Origin: the human T2T-CHM13v2.0 reference genome, Homo sapiens
DNA length: 64,000 nt
Assembly: GCF_009914755.1 (NCBI RefSeq)
Contig: NC_060944.1
Reading direction: 5' to 3' (one strand)
A program made the translations under genes and the position numbers. This document shows positions 24,877 to 44,691 of this stretch, in pieces; position 1 is the stretch's first letter, and the number at the start of each line of letters is the position of its first letter. The notes beneath the pieces are model-generated. The model saw only the letters and a program-made list of their open reading frames with translations. It made no database searches and was not told the origin of the DNA.

Positions 24877-25272
24877 TTTTTTTTTATTTTTACTTTAAGT
24901 TCTGGGATACATGTGCAGAACGTGCAGGTTTGTTACATAGGTATACGTGTGCCATGGTGGTTTGCTGCACGTATCACCCCATCATCTAGGTTTTAGGCCC
25001 TGCATGCATTCGGTATTTGTCCTAAGGCTCTCTCTCCCCTTGTCCCCAGCCCCCCGACAGGCCCTGGTATGTGATGTTCCCCTCCCTGTGTCCATGTGTT
25101 CTCATCGTTCAACTCCCACCTATGAGTGAGAACATACGGTGTTTGGTTTTCTGTTCCTGTGTTAGCTTGCTGAGAATGATGGTTTCCAGCTTCATCCATG
25201 TCCCTGCAAAGGACATGAACTCATTATTCTTTATGGCTGCATAGTATTCTATGGTATATATGTGCCACATTT
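24877..25272 (-). mobile_element. 5'-truncated L1PA 3' end with a 17-bp TSD
   Basis: ttactttaagttctgggatacatgtgcagaacgtgcagg L1 3' UTR; TSD AAAGAAAGCCCTTTCTT at 24860-24876 and 25273-25289. Confidence 0.92.
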
Positions 25273-25365
25273 AAAGAAAGCCCTTTCTTATAGTAAAATG
25301 TGAACTGATAAAAGTAGAAATAATGATTAAATTAGAAAATAACTATTTGACAGCCACCATAGTAA

Positions 25366-25530
25366 TACAGTCACATGCTATGTAAGGATGTTTCCATGAG
25401 TAACAGATGGCATATGTGACAGTGGTCCCATAAAATTATAATGGAGCTGGAAATTTTCTGTCATCTAGTGACATTGTTGCCATTGTAAAATCATAGCACA
25501 CTGCATTACCTTTTCTATGTTTAAGTTACA
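25366..25530 (+). mobile_element. Tigger3-like fragment (MER44/Tigger7-like end at about 24690-24795)
   Basis: cagtcacatg...gtggtcccataaaattataatggagctg resembles the Tigger3 terminus. Confidence 0.6.
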
Positions 25531-25676
25531 TTCATTTAAAAAATTTTAGATTTAGAGGGTACATGTGCTTGTTTGTTACATGGGTATTAGATGCATAATG
25601 GTGGTGGCTGGGCTTCTAGTGTACCCATCACCCAAATACTAGACATTGTACCAACGGGTAGTTTTTCTTTTTTTGA

Positions 25677-26063
<387 letters not shown>

Positions 26064-26312
26064 TGACCTCCAAGGTTAGTTGGTCTCCAAAGCTCTTTAT
26101 ACATGTGGGATTCTCATCATTTGTCCCTGAGCTAATGCTCCTATCCCTGATATTGATTTAGTTTCTTTCTTGCATGAGGACTGAGAACTTACTAGGTTTA
26201 GAGCAGCGCTGCCCAACAGAAATATAGTATGAACAACATATGTAATTTAAAATGTTCAGCCGGGCATGGTGGCTCACGCCTGTAATCCCAGCACTTTGGG
26301 AGGCTGAGGTGA

Positions 26313-26612
<300 letters not shown>

Positions 26613-26827
26613 TGACCTCGTGATCCACTCACCTCGGCCTCCCAAAGTGCTGGGATTACAGGCGTGAGCCACTGCGCCTGGCCCCCATCTCTATTTAAAC
26701 AAAAAGTTCTGTCTTTAATGGCAAAAATAATCTTAAATAAATAAATGAAATAAAATTTTCTAGTAGCTACATTAAAAGCAATTTTTAAAAAGATCAAATT
26801 AATTTTAATTATATATCTTATTTAACC

Positions 26828-26902
26828 ATATATGTGTATGTGTGTATATATATATGTGTGTGTATATATATATGTATATATATGTGTGTGTGTGTATGTG
26901 TA

Positions 26903-26947
<45 letters not shown>

Positions 26948-26948
26948 G
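26828..26948. repeat. Compound (TA)n/(TG)n microsatellite running into an Alu poly-T (similar at 59860-59963)
   Basis: visible directly in the sequence. Confidence 0.9.
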
Positions 26949-27112
26949 AGATGGAGTCTTGCTCTGTCGCCCAGGCTGGAGTGCAGTGGTGCGATCTTGG
27001 CTCAATGCAACCTCCACCTCCTGGTATTTAACCCGATATATTAACATTATTATTTTAACATATAATATAAAGATTGAATATACTTTATATTCTTTTTTTA
27101 ATAAATTTTTGA

Positions 27113-27503
<391 letters not shown>

Positions 27504-27738
27504 TAGCCACGTGTGGCTCAGGACCACTTTATTGGATAGTGTAAGGCCAGAGTCTAAGCCATTCCCATGTAGACCCAAGGGTGAGCAATGCCAGGCACAT
27601 GCTAGGTAATGAAGGGAGTGTTTTGCTGGGAAAGCAATGTGTGACCACTTTTATCTGACCTTCCTTCAGGCTTCCTGTTGGAACTAGCCCTACTGTGTGC
27701 CTTCTGAGTTCTTGTGAACTCCTTTTTTTTTTCTTTAA

Positions 27739-27837
<99 letters not shown>

Positions 27838-28230
27838 TGATCCTCCCACCTCAGCTTCCTGGGTAGGTGGGACCACCGACACATGCAACCATGCCCAGCT
27901 AATTTTGTTTATTTTTTGTAGAGATGGCGTCTCATTATGTTGCTGAGGCTGGTCTTGAACTCCTGGGTTCAAGGGATCCTCCTTCCTCGGCCTCCTAAAG
28001 TGCTGGGATTATAGGAATGAGCCATCACACGGCCCTAAAGAATAAATAATTTCTTCCATTTTTTTTGAAACTCCTTTAGTGCCTAGCACCAAAGGTTTAA
28101 CCATTTAGCAAACATTTATAGAGGCCTACTATGTGCCAGGCCACTGGGCCTGCAGGGATGAGGCCAGAGGCCCCTGATGTCAAGGAAAGTGAGGAACAGT
28201 GTAGTGAGGGAAGGATGATGAAACAGATGA

Positions 28231-28864
<634 letters not shown>

Positions 28865-29164
28865 TAGAAGAGGGGACTGGGGAGGCATTAGGAGTACAAC
28901 TAGGATGGTGTTTAGAATTTTTAACAACCATGGAGAGGTCTACAGTGTCTGAGGGGAAGGCCAGAGAGGGGAGGCTCGAGGCAGCAGCTGTTTCTCACTC
29001 AGAAAGGAAGCATTTCTGTATTTGAGCCTGGGAATGGCCGTACCAGTGCACAGCAGCTGAGTGTGAGTGCAGCACCTTAAGCACAGAGTCTGACCCAAAG
29101 CGAGTAGCAGGTGCCGGGTGAACACAGAGGAGCACGGAGTAGGGGTTCTGTGCATCCTTCCTGA

Positions 29165-29476
<312 letters not shown>

Positions 29477-30395
29477 TAGAAAGGGGTAGGAACCAGTGAG
29501 TCAGACCTTCCACGGCTCTATTCCCCCCGGGTTAGATTCCGAGCAGGGGATTGATGAAGTAAGGTTACCCTTGGGGCAAATCACAGAAAACTTTGACTCT
29601 CCTCCAGACCTGAGACAGCTGACTCCACCCAGCGTAAGGACTCTGTGTCTTTCCAGCTCTGGTCTCTGTCATCTCAGGGTGTGGCCTTGACCTCTCCTGA
29701 TGGCTCACCTTGTACTCCTGTCCTGGGATGGTGATCACTTCTTTTTTTTTTTTTTGAGACGGTTTTACTCTTCCGCCCAGGCTGGAGTGCAGTGGTGCGA
29801 TCTCAGCTCACTGCAACCTCCACCTCCATGTTGGCCAGGCTGGTCTCGAACTCCTGACCTCAAGTGATCCACCCGCTTGGCCTCCCAAAGTGCTAGGATT
29901 ATAGGCATGAGCCACTGTGTCTGGCTGGTGGTCACTCTTTCTAGGCACCAATCCAGAACCACTGTTATCCGTGAGCCAAAAGGGGTTATCTCTTCTTTAT
30001 CTTTTATAGGAGCAAGAAAGCTTTTCCTAGAAGCACTTTGTAGATCTCTTTTTGGTGAAACCCAGTACATGTGCTCTATCATTTGACAATGCATTATTAT
30101 GCTACAAATGATAGAAAACTGGCTTCTTAGGGTTTTATTTCTCTCACATTAAAGAAATTCAAAGAAGAAATCCCTAAGTAGGCAGCGTTGGGCTTATATA
30201 GAGCAGGTCAAATATGTCACCATAGACTCAGGCTTCTAGCTGTCTGATCTGCCATTCTTAGCTTATGGGCTTCATCCTCAAGGTTGCAGGATGGCTGCTA
30301 TGTCTCCATACATCAAATGTGTATTCCAGTCAAGATAAACAGAAAGCAGAGGGAATTTCTCCTGGGAAGCTTTTGCCTTTGTGTTCTGGAAGTGA

Positions 30396-30799
<404 letters not shown>

Positions 30800-30802
30800 T
30801 AG

Positions 30803-30904
<102 letters not shown>

Positions 30905-31607
30905 TGAGTAGCTGGGATTACGTGCATGCACCACTACACCTGGCTAATTTTTGTGCTTTTAGTAGAGATGGGGTTTCACCATGTTGGCCAGGCTGGTCTC
31001 GAACTCCTGGGCTCAATTGATCTGCCTGCCTTGGCCTCCCAGCATGTTAGGATTACAGGCATGAGCCACCACGCCCGGCCTGGATCAAGTGTTTTAACTA
31101 GGTATGTTGCTATTCTGAGCAAATCAGGGTTCACTTTTTTAGGTAGAAGGAGTGCATGATATTGTGTAGGCAACCAGGACTTACGTACTATTTATCAAAG
31201 TATGATTTTCGAGATGTTAAAAACATACTTCTCATACAAATGAGGCCTGAAAGTGAGTCAGAATTTTACTTAACTCATTAGTGAGGAAACCCAAAGGAAG
31301 ACAAAGCCTGTTCAACAGAGGCCATGGATAGCTATGCCTAATAACTGTCAATGAAAAAAAGAGATACTGAAGTCAGATTGTCAAATTACATACAAATCTG
31401 GTTAATGTCCTGCAAGACAACAAAACCTGTGACCTTTGGGGTTATCTTCTCTATCTGACAAAAATCAATTACGTTGGATTAGTTTTTTACAAATTAACAA
31501 ATTAACATTTAACTGTAGAGTCCTAGTCAATGGAAAGTAGTCAGAAGTAGCCACATCCTGTAGAGAGTGTGATGACTGTGGGCCGGCTATAGGCAGGCTC
31601 CTTAGAC

Positions 31608-31815
31608 AGCAGTTCTCAAAGTCCCAGGCCAGCAGCACCAGCATCCCCTGAGGATTTCTCGTTAGTGATGCACATATTCAGACCCACTAAGTCAGATTTC
31701 TCAGGGCCAGGGAGGGGGTGAAGGGGTGGTGGTGGGGGGGGGGGCAGTGGGAGGGGTGGCGGGGGCACAGCCCTCAGCAACCTGTAATTCTGAGGCCTGC
31801 TCCAGTTTGAGAGCC
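31608..31815. mobile_element. MER5A hAT element with a G-rich insert
   Basis: cagcagttctcaaagt...ccagcagcaccagcatc...ccagtttgaga. Confidence 0.6.
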
Positions 31816-31973
31816 GGTATTCCAGTATGACATTGAAAGGGTATACACTGTCATCTTTTCACTGTATTTCCAGGTCTTGAATAATTTTTCTAAATATACC
31901 TATGCCACACAGAGCCTGAGGGAAGGGTAATAGGGCCATCACGACTGGCTGAGAGGAGGGAACCCTCTAATCA

Positions 31974-32651
<678 letters not shown>

Positions 32652-33184
32652 TAAGTGCCTCCTGCTTCCCTCTCCCTGGGTGGACGGGTGGGTGGGCAGG
32701 GAGCCCAGGGCCTGTGGCCTTGGTGGTTCTGACTGCTTAGGACCAGTGAGATATTTGAAAGGAGAAACCGAGGCTCCTGGCTGGGGTCCAGCCTGGCAGA
32801 GTGGGTTCTGGGCTTTGGCACTGGTGGAAGAAAGGATGCTGGCTCTCCTTATATCATTCTTATGTCTTGGCAGACATTTTTCCCAAAAAAAAATCCTTAA
32901 AAAGAGGAACCTATATTTCCTTGTTCATAGTGGGAAAAGGTTTGAGCATTTTATTCCAAACTAAACAATTATGACAGTATTATTTTGTCTCATAATCTAC
33001 AAAATTTAGCTTACAGTCAAAGCGGTACACCGGTTCTTAACAATTAAAAAAGAATGGGCAGGGTGTGGCGGCCCACATCTGTAACCCCAGTACTTTGGGA
33101 GGCCAAGGCAGAAGGAGGCCAGGAGTTTGAGACCAGCCTGGCAACATAATGAGACCCCATCTCTACAAAATAAAATACATTTTA

Positions 33185-33517
<333 letters not shown>

Positions 33518-36342
33518 TTAAAAGCAAAGATCATAAAAATAATATTCATTTGTTTTATAATCTATAAGATCTAGGTTAAAGTTGAAGCTATATGCTGATT
33601 CCTATTTTTATTTTATTTTTTTCTTTGAGATGGGGTTTTGCTCTGTTGCCCAGGTTGGAGTCCAGTGGCACCATCACAGCTCACTGCAGCCTCCCCGGGC
33701 TCAGGTGATCCTCCCACCTCAGCCACCTGAGTAGCTGGGACTAACAGGCATGTGCCCCACGCCCAGCTAATTTTTGTATTTTTTGTAGAGACGGGGTTTC
33801 GCCATGTTGCTCAGGCTGGTCTTGAATTCCTGGACTCAAGTGATCCTCCCACCTTAGCCTCCCAAAATGCTAGGATTACAGGCGTGAGCCACTGTGCCCA
33901 GCCTATATGATGATTCTTAGAATGAACAAGGGATGGATCAGGTATGGATTTTATTGGGGTAATTTATTCTGATAATCATTTATATCACTTCAGTCTTCCA
34001 TTGTGGTCATGAAGAGGGTCCCTTTGGCAGAAATGATGAAAGGTTTCCTCAGTTTTGCAACATGCTTTTTATCCTTAGATCTTCATGTTAAAGCAGGGCA
34101 CAGTGGCTCACGCCTATAATCCTAGCATTTGGGGAGGCTGAGGTGGGAGGATGGCTTGAGCCCAGGAGTTTGAAACCAGTCTGGGCAACATAGCAAGACC
34201 TTGTCTCAACAAAAATAGAAAAATTAGCCAGGTGTGTTGGCACGCACCCGTAGTCCCAGCTACTCAGGAGGCTGAGATGGTAGGATTGCTTGAGCCCAGG
34301 AGGTTAAGGCTGCTGTGAGCCATCATCGCGCCACTGCACTCAGCCTGAGCGACAGAGACGCTTGTCTTAAAAAAAAAAAAAAAAAAAAAAAAAGATCTTC
34401 ACGTCATTCTCTTTGGACCTATTGACCTCTGATCATCCTTGTTGAGTTTCTCTGCCTCAGTTGTTTTCTGGTCTGTTTTGCCAGGTCTTCCTTTGTTGAT
34501 GGTGTTATTTGCAGTTGTGCAACATCACTTTGATGATGTCATGAAATCCCCCATCTGCAGTCATTTTGCTGTACATTTGCCTGCATCATCTGGGAGCACC
34601 TGCCTCACAAAACCCATGGGGGTAGATAGTAGCAAAAGGCCAGGAGTGGTGTTTGTGTGGGGCCTCCTTCCAGTTCATTAGCAAATATTTTCCCATTACA
34701 GTGGTTTTTGCTTCTCTGTACAAACTTGTACCTGCAGAGATTTGGTGTTTCTGTTAATGAGGCCCCTGTAACTCCTGGGTGAAGCTTCTGGGGTTCAGAG
34801 ATAAGTAAATACCTTGAGCTTAAAATGCATGGGCTGCTCAGGGTGACTGGTGTGTAAACAAATGCACCCTATCACTTGATAAAATGCTATCATATATGTT
34901 TATAAGGTATAGAGATACCACAGGGGAGGCAGGCTAGAGAAGCTGTCCCAAGAGCAGTGACATCTGAACTGAGTTTTGAAGGATGAATAGGAGTTTGCCA
35001 GGTAGACAATGGATGGAGTGTGTTCCTATCAGGAGGAACCGCAAGTTTAAAATACAACAGCAAGTGATGTATTAATAGAATGACTGTTATGTGGAGTGGA
35101 AGCGGGAGGGAGATGTTTAGATGGGGCCTATGGGAAAAAGTGGGGCCAAGGCATGAAGGGCCACGTAGAAATCACAAGAGCTCTGAGAAGTTGGCAGAGG
35201 AGCTAGAACTCAAGAAATGGGGTGTAGGGTAACTTGCCCCCAAGACTCTGGGAAATGGGGCAAGAGAGGCAGGGAAGCTGGGCAAAGCTTTGGCCAGCCA
35301 AGGGGCAGAGATTTCTGGCAGTGATGACTTATTCCCGTTTGCACTTGATAAATTTTCTTTGGCTCTTGCCCTTCTGATTTGTGGATTATCTGTGAGTTCC
35401 TGTGGCTGTGTGACTCTGGAGTGAGATGCCAAGTAAAGGGAAGGAAGCACCTGCTCTGTGCCAAGCTTTGCCTTTAGTGACATGAATCCCTGCAGCCCTG
35501 GGAGGTAGGTGATATTCTCCCCATTTTGAAGATGAAGACACTGAGGTTCAAAGAGAAGTGACCTGCCCACCAGAGTAACAACATCAGCAGAGTTTAGATT
35601 CGAACCCTAGTGTGAGATCTTGGAAGCCTCATAGCCCTGGTCTTGGAGTTTGCAGGTTGAAGATTGAGCCCGATGCTGATGACCCTGTGCAGTCCCCTTG
35701 CAGGGTCATAGTGCCAGTGGCCCTTTGTAGACATTGGAGCTGTTGTCCTGTCCCAAAAGTAAGGCCCAATGAGCCAGGCCCCCATTTGGATGGCCTGAAG
35801 GTGGAATGGTGTCATGGGTAGTGATAAGGGTTCTGGAGCCATTGGCCTGTGCTTAAATCCTGTCTTGACTGCAAATCCAGTGGATGACCTTGGGCAAGGT
35901 ATTCAGCCACTCTGAGCCTCGGTTTTCTCCTCTGTGAAATGGGGATCACAGTAGTGCCTGCCCTACTGGATTATTTATAAGGATCAAGTAAGACAAGGCT
36001 GAGGCTCTTAGACATGGTACCTGGAACATAGTAGGTACTCAATAAATGTTATTGCTACAATTATTATTATTTGTGTTATTTAAGTAGAAGTTTGGCTGCA
36101 TGCAGTAGAAACCTCAAATAACAGTGACTTATACACCATGAGAGTTGATTCTGTCTCATAGTGACATTTGAGTGGCTGTGGTGGCTTCATCATATCTTTA
36201 GAAGTCCAAGCCCTGTCATTCTGGTTTCTGTTCCCTGTCAGCCACATTGCCTTGGCCTGCCTATGTGTACTTTCCCCAAACCTCTCAAATGACTTTTAGT
36301 CATGCCACTATATCTTTACTGTATGTTTAATATTTCCTTTTA

Positions 36343-36711
<369 letters not shown>

Positions 36712-37541
36712 TCAATGTTCAATGCAGAGAAAACAATTTTGTAAAAACCCACACAAAAACAAAAAACCAAAACTGTCACCCAGAGATCGCCACTGCACTA
36801 TTAACCTCTTGGTGGATATCCTTTGGCATATATGTGTAATAAATATGTTTACAGATATGGATACAGATATAAATATCACAGACTATATTTGAGTCAGGTG
36901 ATGCCAAATAGAGTCACTGAATTTGGTGAAAATTCATCACACTGTCTTCCTGTAGCGCAATGTCCAACAAACAGACTGATTTAATGGGATCACTGCACAT
37001 GTGGTTTTATCACTTAAAACTTTTTCACTTAAAACAGTAATATAGCTGGGCATGGTGGCTTATGCCTGTAATCCTAGCACTGTGGGAGGCCGAGGCAGGC
37101 AGATCACTTGAGGCCAGGAGTTCAAAACCAGCCTGAGCAACATGATGAAACCTTGCCTGTACAAAAAATACAAAAATTAGCCAGGCATGGTGGCATGTGC
37201 CTGTAGTCCCAGTTACTTGGGAGGCTGAGCTGGATTGCTTGAGTCCAGGAGTTCAAGGCTGCAGTGAGCCGTGATCATGCCACTGCACTCGTGAGACCCT
37301 GTCTCGGGGAAAAACAAAAACATCAGTAATATGGACATCTTTGCATTTCAGCAACAATAGACCTGCCTCATTCTTTAAACAGCTACTTTGTATTCCATTG
37401 TGCATGGTGTACTGTGATTTACTTCTGTCATCTCCCATTGTTGGTTAGTGAGGTTATTTTCAGTTTGTCATCAGTATAACAATTATACAGGGAACAACTT
37501 CGGAAGTACATCTTTGCTCTTTTCTAAGTTCCTAGAAGTGA

Positions 37542-37748
<207 letters not shown>

Positions 37749-38523
37749 TAGTAGAGACGGGGTTTCACCATGTTAGCCAGGATGGTCTCGATCCCTGACC
37801 TCGTGATCTACCCACCTCGGCCTCCCAAAGTGCTAGGATTACAGGTGTGAGCCACCGTGCCCGGCCTTTTTTTTTTTTTTTTAAAGATTAATTATCTACT
37901 TCAAAAACTATATGTATACAGTGCAATATTGTAAAACTATCACAGGACATAGAGTGAACAGGAATTCTCCATCCACTGTGACCCACTTCCCCATATCACG
38001 GGCAATCATGTTCGAAAAGTGTTCTTTGTAAACCTCTTATTTTGTCATAATTTTATTATTGATTGATTGATTTTTGAGACAGGATCTTGCTCAGTCACCC
38101 AGGCTGGAGTACAGTGGCACAATCATGGCTTGCTGTAGCCTTGACTTCCCTGGCTCAAACAATCCATCCCCCTCAGCCTCCTGAGTAGCTGGGACTACAG
38201 GTGTGTGCCACCACTGCCAGCTAATTTTGGTATTTTTTGTAGAGACAGGGTCTTGCTATATTGCCCAGGCTGGCCTAGAACTCCAAGGCTCAAGCAATCC
38301 ACCCTCCTCAGCCTCCCAAAGTACTAGGATTACAGGCATAAGCCACCATGCCTGGCCTTCAATATATGTGTTTTAAAGCTTTCCTTTGTTTCATGAATTT
38401 AACTTATGTATGTATTTTAATTTTAATATAATTAATTAATTAATTTTTTGTTTAGAGACAGGGTCTCACTCCATCACCAAGGCTGGAAAGCAGTGGCATG
38501 ATCATGGCTCACTGCAGCCTTGA

Positions 38524-38817
<294 letters not shown>

Positions 38818-39174
38818 TCACTGCAGCCTTCGCCTCCGGGGCTCAAGCAATCCTCCAGCTCAGCCTCCTGAGTAGCTGGGACCACAGGTGTGTGCCACCA
38901 GGCCTGGCTAATTTTTTATTTTTTATAAAGATGGAATTTCACCATGTTGACCAGACTGGTCTGGAACTCCTGGGCTCAAGCGGTCCACCTGCCTTGTTCT
39001 CCCAAAGGTCTGGGATTATAGGCGTGAGCCACACACCTGGCCAATTTTTATTTTTTTAGAGACAGAGTCTCACTGTGTTGTCCAGTCTAGAGTGCATCAG
39101 CTATTCACAGGTGTGGTCGCCTTGCCTCAGCCTCCCCAGTAGCTAGGACTACAGGCAGGCGCCATCACTCCTAG

Positions 39175-39366
<192 letters not shown>

Positions 39367-39566
39367 TAGTTACCAAAATCAGGAAGTTGGGCTCTGTGCG
39401 GTGGCTCATGCCTGTAATCCCAGCACTTTGGGAGGCTGAGGTAGACAGATTGCTTGAGCCCAGAAGTTTGAGACCAACCTGGACTACGTGGCAAAACCCC
39501 GTCTTTACCAAAAAAAAAAAAAAAAAAAAAAAGAGGTGGGTATGGTAGCATATGCCTGTGGTCTCA

Positions 39567-39707
<141 letters not shown>

Positions 39708-39831
39708 TCAGGCCAGGTGCGGTGGCTCACACCTGTAATCCCAACACTTTGGGAGGCTGAGGTGGGCGGATCACCTGAAGTCAGGAGTTCGAGACCAGCC
39801 TGGCCAACATGGCGAAATGCCGTATCTACTA

Positions 39832-39990
<159 letters not shown>

Positions 39991-41358
39991 TCAAAAAAAA
40001 AAAAAAAGAAGAAAAAGAAATCAGGAAGTTAATATCAGTACAATTCTATTATCTAATTACAGGCCTTACTCAGAATTTTCCAATTGTTCCAATAACATGC
40101 TTTAGAGAAAAAGAAAAAAAAGGTTTTTTTGAACCAGAATCACATGTTGAATTCAGTTGTCATGTCTCTCTCGTCTCTCTTGTGTCCTATAAGCTGGAAC
40201 AGTTCCTCCTTCTGTCTTTGTCTTCGAGACCTTGATATTTCTGAAGAGTATAGACAGGTTATTCTGTAGAATGTCCTCAGTTTGGGTTTGCCTGATTTTA
40301 CCCTATGATTAAATTCAGGTCATGCACTTTTGTCAGGAATGTCACAACAAATACTGTGTCCTCCTCCGTGTGTCATATCAGGAGGCATGTGATGTTGATT
40401 TGCTCTATTACTGGTGATGTTACCTTGGATGACTTAATTCAGGTGCTGTTTCTGGCAGGAGATTTTAATTTTCCTGGCTATTGGTAAACAATCTCTGACA
40501 CAAATCTATGTCTCCCCCAAACCCAGCCCCTGAAGCATGTGAGATTCTGTCCTTTCCCATCTCACCAGCTAGTTAAGTCTCTGCCCTCCTGGTACCTCTG
40601 CTCCCACCCCACCTTCCCTTTCTTGCTGCCTGGAGGCATTTAGTATGTGGCTTCTTTCTTTTTCTTTTCTTTTTTTATTTTTTTTGAGACAGAGTCTCTC
40701 TCCGTCACCCAGGCTGAAGTGCAGTGGCATGATCTTGGCTCACCGCAACCTCTGCCCTCCTGGGTTCAAGTGATTCTTGTGCCTCAGCCTCCTGAGTAGC
40801 TGGGATTACAGGTGTGAGCCACCACACCTGGCTAATTTTTGTATTTTTAGTAAAGACGGCATTTCTCCATGTTGGCCAGGTTGGTCTCGAACTCCTGACC
40901 TTAAGTGATCCGCCCACCTCGGCCTCCCAAAGTGCTGGGATTACAGGCATGAGCCACCGCGCCTGGCTAGTGTGTGGTTTCAGAGTGCGCCTGGCTAGTG
41001 TGTAGTTTCAGAGTGCGGTCTATGGGGCTCCCCTGGGCCCTTCGCAGGTGCAGCCTGCCTGGGGTTTCCCACAGGCAGTACTCTACACAGCCTGCCTTTT
41101 GGTTTTTGCTTTGAATTGTTCACCTACCTGTGACATTCCTCACTGATAACTCATTGTAAATAGGTCAATATGCTGGCAAATGTTTTCTTTTTTCTTTTCT
41201 TTTTTTGTCTGATAATACCCTTTCTTCCTTAGCTGGCACATGTTTTCATGATGGGGAGATGGTGGTGTCTTTTCTCCCTTCAGAGTGGTTGGTGGCCTGA
41301 GACTGCTGTTGTGAGGACATGTTTATGAGCTGTTTGGCACAGTTGTGTTTTTTGACTC

Positions 41359-41787
41359 TGTATTAGGCCATTCTTGCACTGCTATAAAGAAATACCTGAG
41401 ACTGGGTAATTTATAAGAAAAGAGGCTTATTTGACTCACGGTTCAGCAGGCTGTACAGGAAGCATAGTGTCTGAGCTAGCAGATCTGCCACTGGGGAGGC
41501 CTCAGGAGGCTTTTACTCATGGCAGGAGGAGAAGGGGAAGTAGACATGTCACATGGCCAGAGCAGGAGCCAGATAGAGAGAGAGGGAGGCGCCATACACT
41601 TTTAAACAGCTAGATCTCATGAGAACTCACTCACTATCCTGAGGACTGCACCAAGGGGATGGTCCTAAACCATTCATGAGAAATCCACCCCCATGATCCA
41701 ATCACCTCCCACCAGAACTCACCTCCAGCACTGGGGATTATAGTTCAACATGAGATTTAGGTGGGGACACAGATACAAACTATGTCA
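41359..41787 (-). mobile_element. MST (MSTA/MSTB) MaLR solo LTR
   Basis: TG...CA termini; gctataaagaaatacctgagactgggtaatttataagaaaagagg; 5-bp TSD GACTC at 41354-41358 and 41788-41792. Confidence 0.9.
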
Positions 41788-41797
41788 GACTCTGTGA

Positions 41798-41932
<135 letters not shown>

Positions 41933-42712
41933 TGAGTAGCTGGGGTTACAGGCAGGTGCCACCACGCCTGGCTAATGTTTGTATTTTTAGTAGAGACAGG
42001 GTTTCACCGTATTGGCCAGGCTGGTCTTGAACTCCTGACCTCAGGTGATCTGCCCACCTCAGCCTCCCAAAGTGCTGGGATTACAGGCATGAGGCACTGC
42101 ATCCAGCCATGTGACAATTGTAAGAATGAGTGACAGGCAGGTCTGTTTGGGACTCACACCCCATATTTTGAATGAGGAGGCCCAGCAGGTCAGAAATGGG
42201 AAGGCGCTGGGCTTGGATCCCCATCTGTCTGACTCTTTAATGTAACAAGTTCTCACTGGTGCTGGGAGCAGCTTGTGAATGGGCAAGATGTGGTATCTGG
42301 AACAGGGACCACTTGCTAGTGGAGGAGACAGACAATAACCAAGTAAGCAAATAATAAATAATTCCAGGTAAGAAGTGGTAAGAAGAAAATAAAACTGAGT
42401 GATGTAATAGGGAGTGACTGGGAGTGCATCGTGGGGGGCAACTTGAGACAGGGTGGCCAGGAGGGCCTCTTTGGGGAGGTGACATTTGAGCTGAGATATG
42501 AAGGATGAGAAGGCACTGCCTGGGGAAGACTTGGGGAAGAGTGTTCCGGGGAACAGGAACAGCCAGTGCCAAGGCCCTGAGGTGGGAATGAGCCTGGTGT
42601 GTTCAAGGTAGGTCAAGGAGGCCAGGGTGGCCAGAGCAGAGTGAGTGAGGTGGAGAAAGGAGAAGGATGAGGTCTGAGAGGTGGGAGTGGGTCAGACCAC
42701 AGGGCCTTGTAG

Positions 42713-42889
<177 letters not shown>

Positions 42890-43541
42890 TGAGTAGCTGG
42901 GATTACAGGTCCACGCTACCACGCCTGGCTAATTTTTGTATTTTTAGTAGAGAGACGGGGTTTCATCATGTTGGCCAGGCTGGTCTCAAACTCCTGACCT
43001 CAGGTGATGCGCCTGCCTCGGCCTCCCGAAGTACTGGGATTACAGGTGTGAGTCACCACACCAGGCCTTTTTTTTTTTTTCTTATTTAAATAGAGACAGG
43101 TTCTCTTTCTGTTACCCAGGCTGGAGTGTAGTGGCATAATCATGGCTCACTGTAACTTCAAAACCCCTGGGCTTAAGCGATCCTCCTGCCTTAGCCTCTT
43201 GAGTAGCTGGGAAGCCACCACATCTAGCTAATTTTTAAATTTTTCATAGGGATAGGGGTCTTGCCATGTTGCCCAGGCTGATTTTGAACTCCTGGTCTCA
43301 AACAATCCTCTCACCTTGGCCTCCTAAAGTATTGGGATTGCAGGTGTGAGCCAGCCACTGTGCTCAGCCTGTTTCATTTTTAAAGGTGCCCCTGGCCACC
43401 CTGTGGAGAATGGACTACAGGAGGCAAGGCAGGGGCAGGGTGGCCAGCGAGGAGGCTACTGCACAAGTCCGAACAAGAGATGATGGCGCTCAGATGAGGA
43501 CAGGCAGTGGCAATTGAGAAGAGTGGATGGATTTGGAATGA

Positions 43542-43775
<234 letters not shown>

Positions 43776-44076
43776 TAGGCTATAATAAGGGCAAGGAGGT
43801 GGGGTGGGGTGCACACCTCACCCTTTCCTTCTCCTCTCTCACCATAGGACACGCAGGCAGGGCTCAGGGGCTGCTCCACAGATGACACAGTGTCTCTGCC
43901 TGGCCATCTCATCCATCACATTCCAGATGTGGCCATGTCGGGGCTGCTGCTGGAGCCAGGCTGGGTGGGCTGTCCTGGTCCCAGGCCTAGTGTCTGAGCA
44001 GAAGCCTCCCAGCTTCCTGATGTAAGATTATCCTTATTACAATTGGCTCTTCTTTTTAATTTTTTTTTTTTTTTGA

Positions 44077-44337
<261 letters not shown>

Positions 44338-44340
44338 TAA

Positions 44341-44691
<351 letters not shown>

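Noticed and set aside
33905-34760. Non-Alu stretch in intron 10 that might be a pseudogene fragment
   Set aside because: I could not recognise a protein or repeat family; needs BLAST or Dfam
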